Shown one piece after another: positions 28,870-38,575 of a DNA stretch of 64,000 nucleotides. The position numbers and the translations under genes are program-made. The notes beneath the pieces were generated by a model that saw only the letters and a list, made by a program, of their open reading frames with translations, ran no database searches and was not told the origin of the DNA. This DNA comes from Thermoanaerobaculia bacterium (lineage in GTDB: Bacteria > Acidobacteriota > Thermoanaerobaculia > Multivoradales > UBA5704): contig JBGAGQ010000021.1 of the NCBI GenBank assembly GCA_044226625.1, forward strand, positions 24,460 through 88,459. Direction: 5' to 3'. Position 1 is the first letter of the stretch. Each line of letters starts with the position of its first letter.

Positions 28870-30150
28870 ATGAAACCCGCTTCCGCCACCGCTCCGGCCG
28901 CCCCTCCGCTCGCGGTCGTCGCGATGTGGGGGTTGATCTACGCAGTGCCGCTTCTCGTGATTCCGGGGCTCCACGAGTCGTTCCGGGCGCCGAAACTCCT
29001 CCTCGGCGAGCTCCTCGCTCTCATCACGCTCCTCGGTCTCGTCTTCGTGCTCCGGGGCCGCACCCTCGATTGGCGCACGGCCTGGAAGCGCCCCGAGATC
29101 CTCGCCTCCGCCCCGCTCCTGATCCTGTCCGCCGTAAGCCTCGCGACCACCGCCCACCCGCTCCACGTTCGAGCCGCGCTCTGGAGCTTGACCCTGGGAA
29201 TCGCCTGTCTGGTCGGATGGACATCCGGCTTCGATCGCGCGCAGAAGGAGCGCTTCCTCGAGGGATCGCTCCTCCCGGCCACCCTCTGCGCTTTGCTCGC
29301 GATCCTTCAATTCCATCAGCTTTGGGAACCGCTCCGTTTCGCCGGCATCGCCTACGACTCGCGATTGGGCGTCACCGCGCTCGCGGGTAATCCCGGCGAT
29401 CTCGGCGCCTTCCTCGTGCTCCCATGCCTGATCGGGTTCTGGTATCTGCCGCGGCTTGCCGGGCGGCGTCGAATCGTCGTGGCGATCGAGACCGGTCTCT
29501 GCCTCTACGCCCTGGTCGCGTCGCAGACCCTGGCCGCGCTGGTCGCCCTGGGAGTAGGCACCCTGACGTTCGCCGCGGGAAGCCTGCCGCGCCGGCGGCT
29601 GGCGCTGGGGCTCACCGCACTCCTGATCCTCGGCTCCATCGCGCTGATCGGGGTGCCACCTCTTCGCCAACGGGTCGCCGGAAAGCTCCAATCGGTCTCC
29701 GCTGGCAATTGGAATGCCCTCCTCACCGGCCGGCTCGACGGCTGGCGCGCCGCGCTCTGGATGTGGAGGGAGAACCCCTGGACGGGTGTAGGGCACGGTG
29801 CCTACCGGCCCGAGTTCGTGCCCGCAAAGCTCGCGCTCGCCCAATCCGGAACGCGATTCTTCGAGGAGCACAACCAGCCGGTGTTCGGCAACGCTCACAA
29901 CGAATTTCTGGAGGTCGCCGCCGATCTAGGCTGGCCAGGAGTCCTGGCCCTCGCCTGGGGTCTGGGGGTCCTCGGCTACGTCGCCTTCCGTCGCGCCCAC
30001 GGCGAGCCGCGCGATCGGGCGTTTTTCCACGCCGGCCTCGCCTCGTTCGCTCTTCTCTCGGCCGCGTACTTTCCGTTCCGCATCGCCCTGGTGGCGTTCC
30101 CCGCGCTGCTCTTCATAGCCTGGGGGCTCGACGCCGGGGAGGAGGTCTGA
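28870..30150 (+). CDS. O-antigen ligase/Wzy_C family membrane protein (possible O-oligosaccharyltransferase)
   Basis: F..PK, GNPG, R...W, GVGHGAY, NAHNEFLE motifs; multi-TM. Confidence 0.85.
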   Translation: MKPASATAPAAPPLAVVAMWGLIYAVPLLVIPGLHESFRAPKLLLGELLALITLLGLVFVLRGRTLDWRTAWKRPEILASAPLLILSAVSLATTAHPLHVRAALWSLTLGIACLVGWTSGFDRAQKERFLEGSLLPATLCALLAILQFHQLWEPLRFAGIAYDSRLGVTALAGNPGDLGAFLVLPCLIGFWYLPRLAGRRRIVVAIETGLCLYALVASQTLAALVALGVGTLTFAAGSLPRRRLALGLTALLILGSIALIGVPPLRQRVAGKLQSVSAGNWNALLTGRLDGWRAALWMWRENPWTGVGHGAYRPEFVPAKLALAQSGTRFFEEHNQPVFGNAHNEFLEVAADLGWPGVLALAWGLGVLGYVAFRRAHGEPRDRAFFHAGLASFALLSAAYFPFRIALVAFPALLFIAWGLDAGEEV

Positions 30151-30669
30151 ATGCCGCGAAAAAAAGGACCTCCTCGGGCGCCTGAAGCCGCCAAGGGCGG
30201 TGGTTCCCCGGCTCGCCGGCCTGCGGCGGGAGCCCTGTTCTGGGTCGCGCTGGTCCTCCTGAGCGCCGCTCTCGCGGGCCAAATCCGGCTCACCGTGTCT
30301 CGCCTCGGCGCCAGCCGTGCGCTCGACCAGGTCGAGCGCCGCTCGAAAGCCGCACTGTCGGTCGGGCGATCGTCGCGGACCCTCTTCGCGGAAAACCTGC
30401 AGCTGCTCCGTCGGGCCGCCCGCCTCGACCCCCTCGAGCCGGGAATCCCCATCGCCCGTGGCGCCCAGCACCTTCTTCTCGGCAGCGCCGAAGCCGCCGA
30501 AGAGGCCTATATCGAGGCCCTTCATCTAGAACCGCGGCCCGAGATTTATCTGAACCTCGGCCGCGCCCAACTCCTCGCCGGTACTCCGGACGCGGCGCGC
30601 CAGAGCTTCTCGACCGCGACGAAGCTCGACCCTCACCTCGCGCCCTACATTCCCCCTGCCGGCCGATAG
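30151..30669 (+). CDS. Membrane-anchored TPR protein
   Basis: One TM then TPRs (AYIEALHLEPRPEIYLNLGRA); abuts the ligase stop codon. Confidence 0.72.
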   Translation: MPRKKGPPRAPEAAKGGGSPARRPAAGALFWVALVLLSAALAGQIRLTVSRLGASRALDQVERRSKAALSVGRSSRTLFAENLQLLRRAARLDPLEPGIPIARGAQHLLLGSAEAAEEAYIEALHLEPRPEIYLNLGRAQLLAGTPDAARQSFSTATKLDPHLAPYIPPAGR

Positions 30670-30830
30670 GAGCCCCCGCCCCCGCCAAACCGGGCGCTTC
30701 CGCTCGCATAGATTCCCAGGTATATTCCAAAATTGGGGTGGCATCTCGGCGCGTCGGCCGGCCGCCCCGGAAAATCGTTCTTCGCAGCCGGAACCGACGC
30801 CGCCTCGAATCGGGGCAATGAGGAGGCTTC

Positions 30831-32345
30831 ATGAAGCGTTATGCCGTCTTCACCGCTTGGCTCTTCCCGTTTTTTCTGAGCGCGGTCGCCGGAGCTACGA
30901 CGTTCAAGATGATGAGCGACGGACGTTTGGCCGACACCTCTTCGATGATCGCCCAAGTGCGGGTCACGGCGGTCGAGGCCTCGCCGGAGGCGCGGACCCC
31001 GAGCACCGACTACCTGGTCGAAATCGAAAAGCTGGTCAAAGGATTCGCGCCGGGCAGCACCTTCGTGGTTCGCGTTCCGGGGGGGATGGGTAGCGACGGA
31101 ATCGGCTTGAAGATATGGGGAGCCCCCAAGTTCCGTGCCGGGGAGCGCGCCTTGCTCTTCCTCGCGCCACACGCCGAAGACGGCACATATCGGGTGGTCC
31201 AGATGATGCTCGGCGCTTTCCACATCGTCGAAAAGGCGGGCGCGCGGTACGCGATTCGCGATCTCGCCGGCACGCAGGAGCTGGTCGGCGACTCGTTGCA
31301 TCCGGGCGCGGACCGGCCGCGCAGCCTTCCGAGTTTCGTCCGCTGGTTGGAAGATCGCAGCGCCGGCCGAGAGAGGGCCGCGGATTACTACGCTCCCGTC
31401 GGAGGCGACAAAGGGCTCGAGGGGAATTTCACCTTCCTCCTGCCTGACGATGGGATCGCGATCCGCTGGTTCCGGTTCGACACCGGGCTCTCCGTCCGCT
31501 GGCGCGTCCACCAGGCCGGGCAGGCGGGAATTCCAGTCTCTCTTGCGCTCGGATCGCTCACGGTCGCGACCAATGCTTGGAACTCCGACTCCTCCTCGAA
31601 CATCAATTACGTGGTCGATGGCACGACCTCCGCGAGCAACGGTCTCGGACGCTCCGACGACACGAACACCGTTCTGTTCAACGATCCGAGCCATCAGGTC
31701 GAGGGGAGCTTCGACTGCGACAGCGGCGGGGTGATCGCGGCCGGCGGTCCGTTCTTCTTCGACTCGACCCGCGACTACCGCGGCACGCGGTATCACGAGG
31801 CGGTCGAGGCTGACATCGTGACCAACGACGGGACGGACTGCTTCTTCGGTAGCGATCCGAAGATCATCGAGGAGATCTTCGGACACGAGCTCGGCCACAC
31901 GCTGGGCCTTGGGCACTCCCGCGAGCGCCAGGCGCTCATGTTCGCCAACGCCCACGCCGACGCCCGGGGTGCGAGTTTGAACCCAGACGACCGGGCCGCC
32001 GTGGCGGTGCTCTACGGCGACGGCTCGACGCAGCCGCCCCCGCCTCCGCCTCCGCCGGACGGGCTCAAGGCGCCGAGCCAGGTCAAGGCGAAGATTCTCT
32101 CCTCGATCAGCGTCATGCTCACTTGGAAGGACAACGCGACTGTCGAAGAGAAGATCCTCGTCGAGCGCAAGAGGATCGGCGGTAGCTGGCGCCAGGTCCT
32201 GGAGCTGCCTCCCAATTCGACCACGGCGAAGGTCACCGGCCTCACCCCCGGCAAGCCCTTCGCCTTCCGCTTGCGGGCTAAGAAGGGCACCTCCTTCTCG
32301 CCATATAGCGAGACGGTGCGTACGGCGAACCTGCCGCCGCGCTGA
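30831..32345 (+). CDS. Secreted matrixin-family (metzincin) metalloprotease with fibronectin type III domain
   Basis: GAGGAGG RBS, signal peptide, HELGHTLGLGH zinc motif, Met-turn ALM, poly-Pro linker, FN3 (LTWKDN...GLTPG..FRLRA). Confidence 0.9.
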   Translation: MKRYAVFTAWLFPFFLSAVAGATTFKMMSDGRLADTSSMIAQVRVTAVEASPEARTPSTDYLVEIEKLVKGFAPGSTFVVRVPGGMGSDGIGLKIWGAPKFRAGERALLFLAPHAEDGTYRVVQMMLGAFHIVEKAGARYAIRDLAGTQELVGDSLHPGADRPRSLPSFVRWLEDRSAGRERAADYYAPVGGDKGLEGNFTFLLPDDGIAIRWFRFDTGLSVRWRVHQAGQAGIPVSLALGSLTVATNAWNSDSSSNINYVVDGTTSASNGLGRSDDTNTVLFNDPSHQVEGSFDCDSGGVIAAGGPFFFDSTRDYRGTRYHEAVEADIVTNDGTDCFFGSDPKIIEEIFGHELGHTLGLGHSRERQALMFANAHADARGASLNPDDRAAVAVLYGDGSTQPPPPPPPPDGLKAPSQVKAKILSSISVMLTWKDNATVEEKILVERKRIGGSWRQVLELPPNSTTAKVTGLTPGKPFAFRLRAKKGTSFSPYSETVRTANLPPR

Positions 32346-32467
32346 GACCTCGATCTCGAAGCGGGGCGGCATGGCCGCCCCGCTTCCGCTTCCTTCCCTT
32401 CTCTTTCGTAGAATCTCCGGATCCCGTCGAACGGCGGGAACAAGGCTTTCCCTTCCCGAGACTTTCG

Positions 32468-33850
32468 ATGCCTGAAACCCATCCGTTCCCCCTCGCGTTC
32501 GAAGGGGGGCCCACGCCGCTCCTGCTCGCGCTTTTCGATCAGACGCCGGTCATCGACGGAGCACGGCTCGAGATCCACAGTTCCGACGACATGTTGCATC
32601 ATTTCCTCTGGAACTACGGGGAGGACGGGCGCGGCTGGCAGCGGGAGCAAGCCTTGTCGGCCTACTTCCGTTCCGGCCTCGCGATCTGGGAACGAGAGCG
32701 GCAGATCCTCGAATGGCGCTTCGGCGATCCGTCCCGAGTAGGCGAAGTCCTCGACTTCGCGAGCGGTTACGGACGGGCGACCCGCTTCATGGTCCACGAC
32801 CTCGGCGGCAAGAGGGTCTGGGCGGCCGAGATCGATCCGGAGGCGGTTCGCTTTCAGGAGGAAGCGCTCGGCGCTCAAGCCCTGCTCTCCACGCCGATAC
32901 CGGAGGATTTTGAATGCCCCCGGCGGTTTTCCGCCGTCCTCGTCTCGTCGCTCTTCACCCATCTCCCCGAGCCGACCTTCCGCCGGTGGCTCGCCCGGCT
33001 GTGGTCGCTCGTCGAACCGGGAGGCCTTCTCGCGTTCAGCGTCCACGGCGAGCACCTGCTCCCCCCGGGTGCCGAGCTCGGAGACAACGGGCTCCACTTC
33101 GTCGCGCAAAGCGAGAGTCGCCTCCTCGACACCGACATCTACGGCAGCACCTGGGTAAACGAATCGTTCGTTCGCTCGCTCCTGGGCGAGATCGCCCCAG
33201 GCGCTTCCGCGGCGCTCTTTCCGCGCGGCCTGGCGAACTTCCAGGACCTTTGGATCGTCGTCGACGCTCCGAACCTCGATTTCTCTTCGCTCGATCTCAG
33301 GGCGCCGCTCGAGGGATTCGTCGAGACCTGCCGCTTCGAGCCTCCCTTCTTGCGGCTCGCCGCCTGGGCGGCCGATCGTTCGACCGGGCGGCCTCCGGTC
33401 GAGGCGCGGCTCTCGGCGGGCGGACGGCTCATCGCCTCGACCCGCGACTTCGAGTCTCGCCCGGAGGTTCGCGAGCTGTTCCCCAACGAAACCGTCGCCG
33501 CGGTCGGTTTCCGGCTCGAAGCCCCCTGGCCGGCAGATCTCCTTCGCGCCTCGACACCGATCGAGCTGCAGGTGGTCGACGCCGACGGCGTTTCGAGCAC
33601 TCTCTTGTCGGCACCCTGCGAGAGCGCGCTGCTCCGCGCGGCTCGGTTCGATGCCTGGCTCAACGCCCGCCACCTGGAAGCGGAGCAAGCCAGGATCGCC
33701 GCCGAGCGCGCGGCAGAACGGGAACGGGCGGAACGGACCGAGCGAGAGCTGCGAACGCAGATCGAGGGCATGCGAGCCAGCCGATTCTGGAAGTTGCGCG
33801 ACCGGTGGTTCGCCGTGAAACGAGGATTGGGGCTTACGAACGAGACGTAG
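32468..33850 (+). CDS. Class I SAM-dependent methyltransferase with C-terminal coiled coil
   Basis: VLDFASGYGR motif I and SLFTHL; C-terminal coiled coil ending SRFWKLR, as in glycan-modifying methyltransferases. Confidence 0.82.
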   Translation: MPETHPFPLAFEGGPTPLLLALFDQTPVIDGARLEIHSSDDMLHHFLWNYGEDGRGWQREQALSAYFRSGLAIWERERQILEWRFGDPSRVGEVLDFASGYGRATRFMVHDLGGKRVWAAEIDPEAVRFQEEALGAQALLSTPIPEDFECPRRFSAVLVSSLFTHLPEPTFRRWLARLWSLVEPGGLLAFSVHGEHLLPPGAELGDNGLHFVAQSESRLLDTDIYGSTWVNESFVRSLLGEIAPGASAALFPRGLANFQDLWIVVDAPNLDFSSLDLRAPLEGFVETCRFEPPFLRLAAWAADRSTGRPPVEARLSAGGRLIASTRDFESRPEVRELFPNETVAAVGFRLEAPWPADLLRASTPIELQVVDADGVSSTLLSAPCESALLRAARFDAWLNARHLEAEQARIAAERAAERERAERTERELRTQIEGMRASRFWKLRDRWFAVKRGLGLTNET

Positions 33851-33860
33851 AATCGAATCG

Positions 33861-34721
33861 ATGGCGCCATCGCGGGTCGAAGAAGTCCTGGCCGAAACCG
33901 AGCGCTCCCTCAAGGTTTGGGGGCGGCTCGGCCTCTGCCAAATCGTCCGCTCGGAAGGCTCGACTCCCGGCAAAGTCGGCTGGAAGCTCCTAGTCCGACC
34001 GGACGGCGGCGCGACCGGAAATCTGGGCGGCGGAGCCTTCGAGGCCATGGTCCGCACGGATGCCCTCGCCAAGCTCGAGGGTTCCGGCGCATCTGAAATC
34101 AAGCGCTACTACTTCACCGAGGAGGCGAAGAAGGGCGAACCGACCGGCATGGTCTGCGGCGGGATGGCCGAGGTGTTCCTCGAGGTGGTCGAGGCAGCTC
34201 CCTTGCTCGTCGTTTGCGGGGGCGGACCGGTCGGCCAGGCGCTCGCCCGCGCCGGCGCGCTCGCCGGTTTCGACTTGCTGATCGCCGATGACCGGGAGGA
34301 ATTTAGGAATCCGGAGCTCTTTCCGGCCGGCAGCGAATTTGCTGCGGTCGACCGCGACTATGCGACCGATTTCCTCGCCCCGCACCTTCGTCGAAAGCTT
34401 TTCGTCGCGATCGTCTCCCGTTGTTGGGAGACCGACTCCGCCGCCCTGTCTGCCCTGCTCCGCGCCGCGCCCGAGCGCCTGGCGTACGTCGGCCTGATGG
34501 GCAGCCGACGGAAGATCGAGCGGGTCAAACGCGAGGTGGCCACCCGGGGCGGCGATCTCGCACGGATCGACCTGCGCGCGCCGATCGGCCTGCCGATCGG
34601 CGGCGATTCACCCGGGGAAATCGCGATCTCGATCGTCGCCGAGATGGTCCGCGACCGATATACGCACGACGAACATCGAGCCGGAACGCCCGACCTGGAG
34701 TTCCTCGCACCGAATGCGTAA
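33861..34721 (+). CDS. xdhC: XdhC/CoxI family molybdenum cofactor insertion chaperone
   Basis: GSTPGKVG, GNLGGG, GMVCGG, YVGLMGSRRK, APIGLPIGGDSPGEIAISI. Confidence 0.9.
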   Translation: MAPSRVEEVLAETERSLKVWGRLGLCQIVRSEGSTPGKVGWKLLVRPDGGATGNLGGGAFEAMVRTDALAKLEGSGASEIKRYYFTEEAKKGEPTGMVCGGMAEVFLEVVEAAPLLVVCGGGPVGQALARAGALAGFDLLIADDREEFRNPELFPAGSEFAAVDRDYATDFLAPHLRRKLFVAIVSRCWETDSAALSALLRAAPERLAYVGLMGSRRKIERVKREVATRGGDLARIDLRAPIGLPIGGDSPGEIAISIVAEMVRDRYTHDEHRAGTPDLEFLAPNA

Positions 34722-36573
34722 GGTCTTTCTCACCTTTTTTTTCGCCGCCTGTCTCGGCGATCTCGGCCAGCCTGTTGCCGCGCTGGACGCGACGGCGACC
34801 GAGGCAATCGAACGGCCGGCAGGTTTCTCCTTTTGGCAGAGGCTCCCTCTCGAAGGGGCCGATGTGCGATCGCTCGCGATCGAACCAGGGAACCCCGATC
34901 GGTTCCTCGCCGGCACTTCCGCCGGCCAGGTCTACCGGAGCGAGGACGGCGGCTCGACCTGGAGCGACGCGGGTCCCTCCCTTCCATTCCCCGGCTGGGT
35001 GGTCAGCTCCCTCCGTTTCGAGCACCAGGGAAGCTCCTCGCCGCCGCGGATCTGGGTCGGTCTCTGGGGAATCTGGAGCGGCGGTCACGTCGCCTCGTCG
35101 GACGATCTCGGCCGGACCTGGGCCTCGCGCAGCGGCGACCTGCCCGATCTTCCCGTCTACGCCATCGCTCCGGTTCCGGGTGAGGAGGGGCGTGTCTACG
35201 CCGCGACGGGTCAAGGGGTGTGGGGAACCGTGGACGGCGGCAAGACCTGGCGCCCGCTCACGCGGGCGCTCCCCGAGATCGGCAAGGTCACGAGCCTCCT
35301 GGTGGATCCCGAGAGGCCGGGCACGGTCTACGCGGGAACTTGGCGTCAGGCGTACCGTAGCGACGATGCCGGCGCCACGTGGCAAGGCATCTTCGACGGC
35401 ATGGTGCTCGACTCGGAGGTTTTCACCCTCACGCCTGGCCGAGAATCGGGCGAGATCTGGGCCTCCACCTGCGGCTGGGTCTACCGCACCGGGAACCGCG
35501 GCATCGGCTGGCGCCGGTACGAGCAGGGACTCGGCGAACGGCGGACGCCGAGCTTCGCGGTCCTGCCGGACGGTCGCCTGCTCGCCGGCACCGTGGCCGG
35601 TGCCTACCTATCCTCAGACGGAGGGCTGTCATGGAAGCTCGCTTCCGACCCGGCGCTGTCGATCCTGGCGATCGCCGTCGATCCGGCCCGGCCGGATCGA
35701 ATCGTGCTCGGCACGGAAGGGTCCGGGATCTGGATCTCCTCGGGCGACTCCTTTCACCCCGCCAACCGGGGTCTCGGCAACCTCCGCATCGGAGCTCTTG
35801 CCGCGAGCCCCGGCGAGCTCTTGGTCGCGGTCAACCAGGCCGGCCCCTCCTCGGGGCTTTACGTCTCCCGGGACGGCGGCCGAACCTTTCCCGGATTCGT
35901 CCCCCTTCCCACCGTTCTCGACCTGGCGCTTGACGGCACCAGCGCGTTCGCGGCGACCGAGCGCGGCCTCTTCGAACGCCAGGGCTCCGATTGGCGACGC
36001 CGACCCGAACTCGGCGAACGGCGGGTAGATCGGGTTTCAAAGATCGGCGGGCGCACCTTGGCCCGGACCGAGTCCGGCCTGTTCGAGCTGACCCGTACCA
36101 AGGACGGGAAGGAGCGTTTCGAGCCGCTGCTCGGTAAATCCGTGCCCCGCTCCGCCGTGCTCTGGTCGGGAGCCCTCTGGGGAAGCGACGATCGGTCGAT
36201 CTTCCGTTTAGAGGCCGGCAAGCGCACTCCCGTGGCCACGCCGTTCTCCGGGGGCCGTCTGGAGCGCACGAGCGCCGGACTTCTCTACTCCGGCGCGGGC
36301 GGCGCCTGGATTCGGACCGCCCCCGCGCAGGAGTGGATCGAGCTCGCCCAGAACGCCTCCCGAGCGTTTCCGACCGGCGACGATCGGCTCGCGGCCGTCG
36401 TAGCGACGGGCGACACGGCCTACCTGCTGGACCGAGGGAACGACCCCTCCCGCCCAGAGCTCCGTCCTCTCACGCTTCCGTTTCCCGTCCGTGACCTGAC
36501 GGCGGCACGAATCGTCGAGGGGCGGCTCCTCCTCGGGACCTCCGGCTACGGCGTACAGGCGGCCGCGCCCTAG
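34714..36573 (+). CDS. Secreted BNR/Asp-box repeat beta-propeller protein
   Basis: Repeated S.D.G.TW Asp boxes (SEDGGSTW, SDDLGRTW, SDDAGATW, SSDGGLSW). Confidence 0.85.
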   Translation: MRKVFLTFFFAACLGDLGQPVAALDATATEAIERPAGFSFWQRLPLEGADVRSLAIEPGNPDRFLAGTSAGQVYRSEDGGSTWSDAGPSLPFPGWVVSSLRFEHQGSSSPPRIWVGLWGIWSGGHVASSDDLGRTWASRSGDLPDLPVYAIAPVPGEEGRVYAATGQGVWGTVDGGKTWRPLTRALPEIGKVTSLLVDPERPGTVYAGTWRQAYRSDDAGATWQGIFDGMVLDSEVFTLTPGRESGEIWASTCGWVYRTGNRGIGWRRYEQGLGERRTPSFAVLPDGRLLAGTVAGAYLSSDGGLSWKLASDPALSILAIAVDPARPDRIVLGTEGSGIWISSGDSFHPANRGLGNLRIGALAASPGELLVAVNQAGPSSGLYVSRDGGRTFPGFVPLPTVLDLALDGTSAFAATERGLFERQGSDWRRRPELGERRVDRVSKIGGRTLARTESGLFELTRTKDGKERFEPLLGKSVPRSAVLWSGALWGSDDRSIFRLEAGKRTPVATPFSGGRLERTSAGLLYSGAGGAWIRTAPAQEWIELAQNASRAFPTGDDRLAAVVATGDTAYLLDRGNDPSRPELRPLTLPFPVRDLTAARIVEGRLLLGTSGYGVQAAAP

Positions 36574-36656
36574 GCTTCCGTCACCTCCGGTCCGCTCAAG
36601 ACGGCCCGGTTCTCTCGAAACACACCCGAGACGCCTCGATCGGAACGAAAACGGGG

Positions 36657-36678
36657 CGCAACTCTCCCCGAAGTTGCG
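36657..36678. promoter_or_regulatory. Candidate operator palindrome upstream of the small secreted peptide gene
   Basis: Perfect inverted repeat CGCAACT-N8-AGTTGCG in the intergenic region. Confidence 0.35.
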
Positions 36679-36784
36679 ACGAGAGGAAAAATGAGTCTTT
36701 TCCGAGCACCCCTGCCTCACTCTTAGAGGTACGGGCGGCCCCTCATCCTGAAAGACAGGAAGCGAGCGGAAGCCGTCTCGAAAG

Positions 36785-37075
36785 GTGCTCGGGATGGTCC
36801 GACGAACCATCGTCTTCGCTTCATCCTTCCTGGCTTCGTTTCTCTTGCTCTCGACCTCGGTCGCCCAGGCTCGGCAGGAGCCCGTGGAGTCCCGTTCCGT
36901 TCGCGAGACGATCTCCCTCCGCTCCGTGCTCGAATCCATCTCGACCGGCCTGTCCGATCTGCTGCGCATCCCGATCGGTCTGTTCGCGCATCACGGGGTC
37001 ACGACCGACCCCAACGGACAGTCGCTCTCGATGCCCCAGTTCGACGGCGGGCCGAAGGCGCCCCGCGCCCGCTGA
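36785..37075 (+). CDS. Small secreted protein (~93-96 aa) with a HGVTTDPNG motif near the C-terminus
   Basis: Signal peptide MVRRTIVFASSFLASFLLLSTSVAQA^, an amphipathic helix, then HHGVTTDPNG; followed by its own intrinsic terminator. Confidence 0.65.
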   Translation: MLGMVRRTIVFASSFLASFLLLSTSVAQARQEPVESRSVRETISLRSVLESISTGLSDLLRIPIGLFAHHGVTTDPNGQSLSMPQFDGGPKAPRAR

Positions 37076-37112
37076 CGATATCCCTCCAGCTCTCGGGATG
37101 AGGTCGCCTCTG

Positions 37113-37147
37113 GGCGGAGCCCAATTTGCCGGACTCCGCCTTTTTTT
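37113..37147 (+). terminator. Rho-independent terminator
   Basis: GGCGGAG...CTCCGCC stem followed by T7. Confidence 0.8.
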
Positions 37148-37222
37148 GTCCCGGATGAGCCTTCGCCGCTCACCTCGTCAAGATAAGGCTTCAGCTCTGG
37201 TGGGTTCGCGAAAGGACGCCGA

Positions 37223-38575
37223 ATGAACGATATGCATCTGAGTCGGGAGATTCTGCGCGCCATCGCATCCGGCGACCTTCCTCCTCGAACCCTGCTCGAC
37301 ATCGCTCTTCCCCACCTTCTCGACCTCTGTCCGAACTGCGCTTCCGAATGGGAGGCCTACCAGCGAGAGCTCCGATCGACCAACGGAAGTTTTTCGCGAA
37401 CCCTCACCATCCTCCCCACCCTCCTCGAGCGAGAGCTGCCCAAGGCCCGCGCCGAGGAGCGTCAGGCGCGCCAGGATCTCAGCGAATTGGTGCGGATGCC
37501 CGAAGCGAAGCGGATGGGGCGCGTCCGCCGGTCGTATCGGCGTTTTCGGACCTCGGCACTCGCCCAGTTGTTGATCGAGGAATGTCGGAAACGCCTGCCG
37601 TCGGCCCCTCGGGAGGCGCGCCATTTCGCTGAGCTCGCCCGCGAGGTCGCAAATCAGCTCTCCGAATCGCCGGTCGCGCGCGAGCTCCAAGCTCTCACGC
37701 TCGGCGAGGTGGCCAACGCCGTCCGCGCCGAGGGCGACCTGCCGCAAAGCGATCGGCTGTTCCGCCAGGTTCGCCACCTCACCATCGTCGGTGGGGTAAC
37801 CGATCCGGAGATCCTGGCGCGCCTGGACTCTCTCGAAGGCTCGCTTCGCTCGGACCAATGCCGTTTCCGCGAGGCCGAAGAGGTTCTGGAACGGGCGAGG
37901 TTCCATTACGACCTGCTCGGCGATCGCACCGCGACCGGTCGAGTCCAGATGCAGCTCGCCAACGTCTACCACCATCGGGGCGAGACCGCGCGCGCCGTGC
38001 GCCTGGGAACCGAGGCTCTCGGCCATTTCGACCCCGAAAGCGACCTCTGGCTCTATCTCGCCGCGCGCCGCAACTTGGCTACCTACCTCGCCGGCGCGGG
38101 ACGGAGAGAAGAGGCGCTCACGATCCTGGACGAGGACGAGGACCGGCACCGAGATCTCGGCGAGCCGCTCCTACAGATTCGCTATACGTGGCTCCGCGGA
38201 AAGATCGCGCTCGACCAGGGGGAGATAGAAGACGCGGTCCGTTGCCTCACCGCGGTTCGCGACGTCTTCACGAAGGCAGAGAACGGCTTCGACGCCGCAC
38301 TCGCCTCGTTGGACCTTGCCCAGGCCTACCTTGCGGCCGGCCGCCCCGCCGAGACGAAACGGATCGCCTCCGACATCGTGCCGATGTTCGAGGCCAACGA
38401 GGTGCATCGGGAAGCGCTGGCCGCGCTCCTCCTCTTCCGGGACGCCGCGGAGCGCGAAAGCCTCACGGCCTCCTGGCTGCGCGATCTCGGCGCCTTCCTC
38501 GAAGCCTCCCGCAGCAACCGCTCCCTGCGCTTCGAGCCGAACCGGCGAACCGGCCGGCCTCGGGTCAAATCCTGA
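37223..38575 (+). CDS. Cytoplasmic TPR-repeat protein with N-terminal H-x4-C-x2-C (zinc anti-sigma-like) motif
   Basis: MHLSRE...[10 protein letters not shown] followed by about 7 TPR-like helix pairs; no signal peptide. Confidence 0.75.
   Translation: MNDMHLSREILRAIASGDLPPRTLLDIALPHLLDLCPNCASEWEAYQRELRSTNGSFSRTLTILPTLLERELPKARAEERQARQDLSELVRMPEAKRMGRVRRSYRRFRTSALAQLLIEECRKRLPSAPREARHFAELAREVANQLSESPVARELQALTLGEVANAVRAEGDLPQSDRLFRQVRHLTIVGGVTDPEILARLDSLEGSLRSDQCRFREAEEVLERARFHYDLLGDRTATGRVQMQLANVYHHRGETARAVRLGTEALGHFDPESDLWLYLAARRNLATYLAGAGRREEALTILDEDEDRHRDLGEPLLQIRYTWLRGKIALDQGEIEDAVRCLTAVRDVFTKAENGFDAALASLDLAQAYLAAGRPAETKRIASDIVPMFEANEVHREALAALLLFRDAAERESLTASWLRDLGAFLEASRSNRSLRFEPNRRTGRPRVKS

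Noticed and set aside
33861-34721. Selenium-dependent molybdenum hydroxylase system linking xdhC to selA
   Set aside because: The genes are 29 kb apart, with no yqeB/yqeC, selD or molybdoenzyme subunits in the window.
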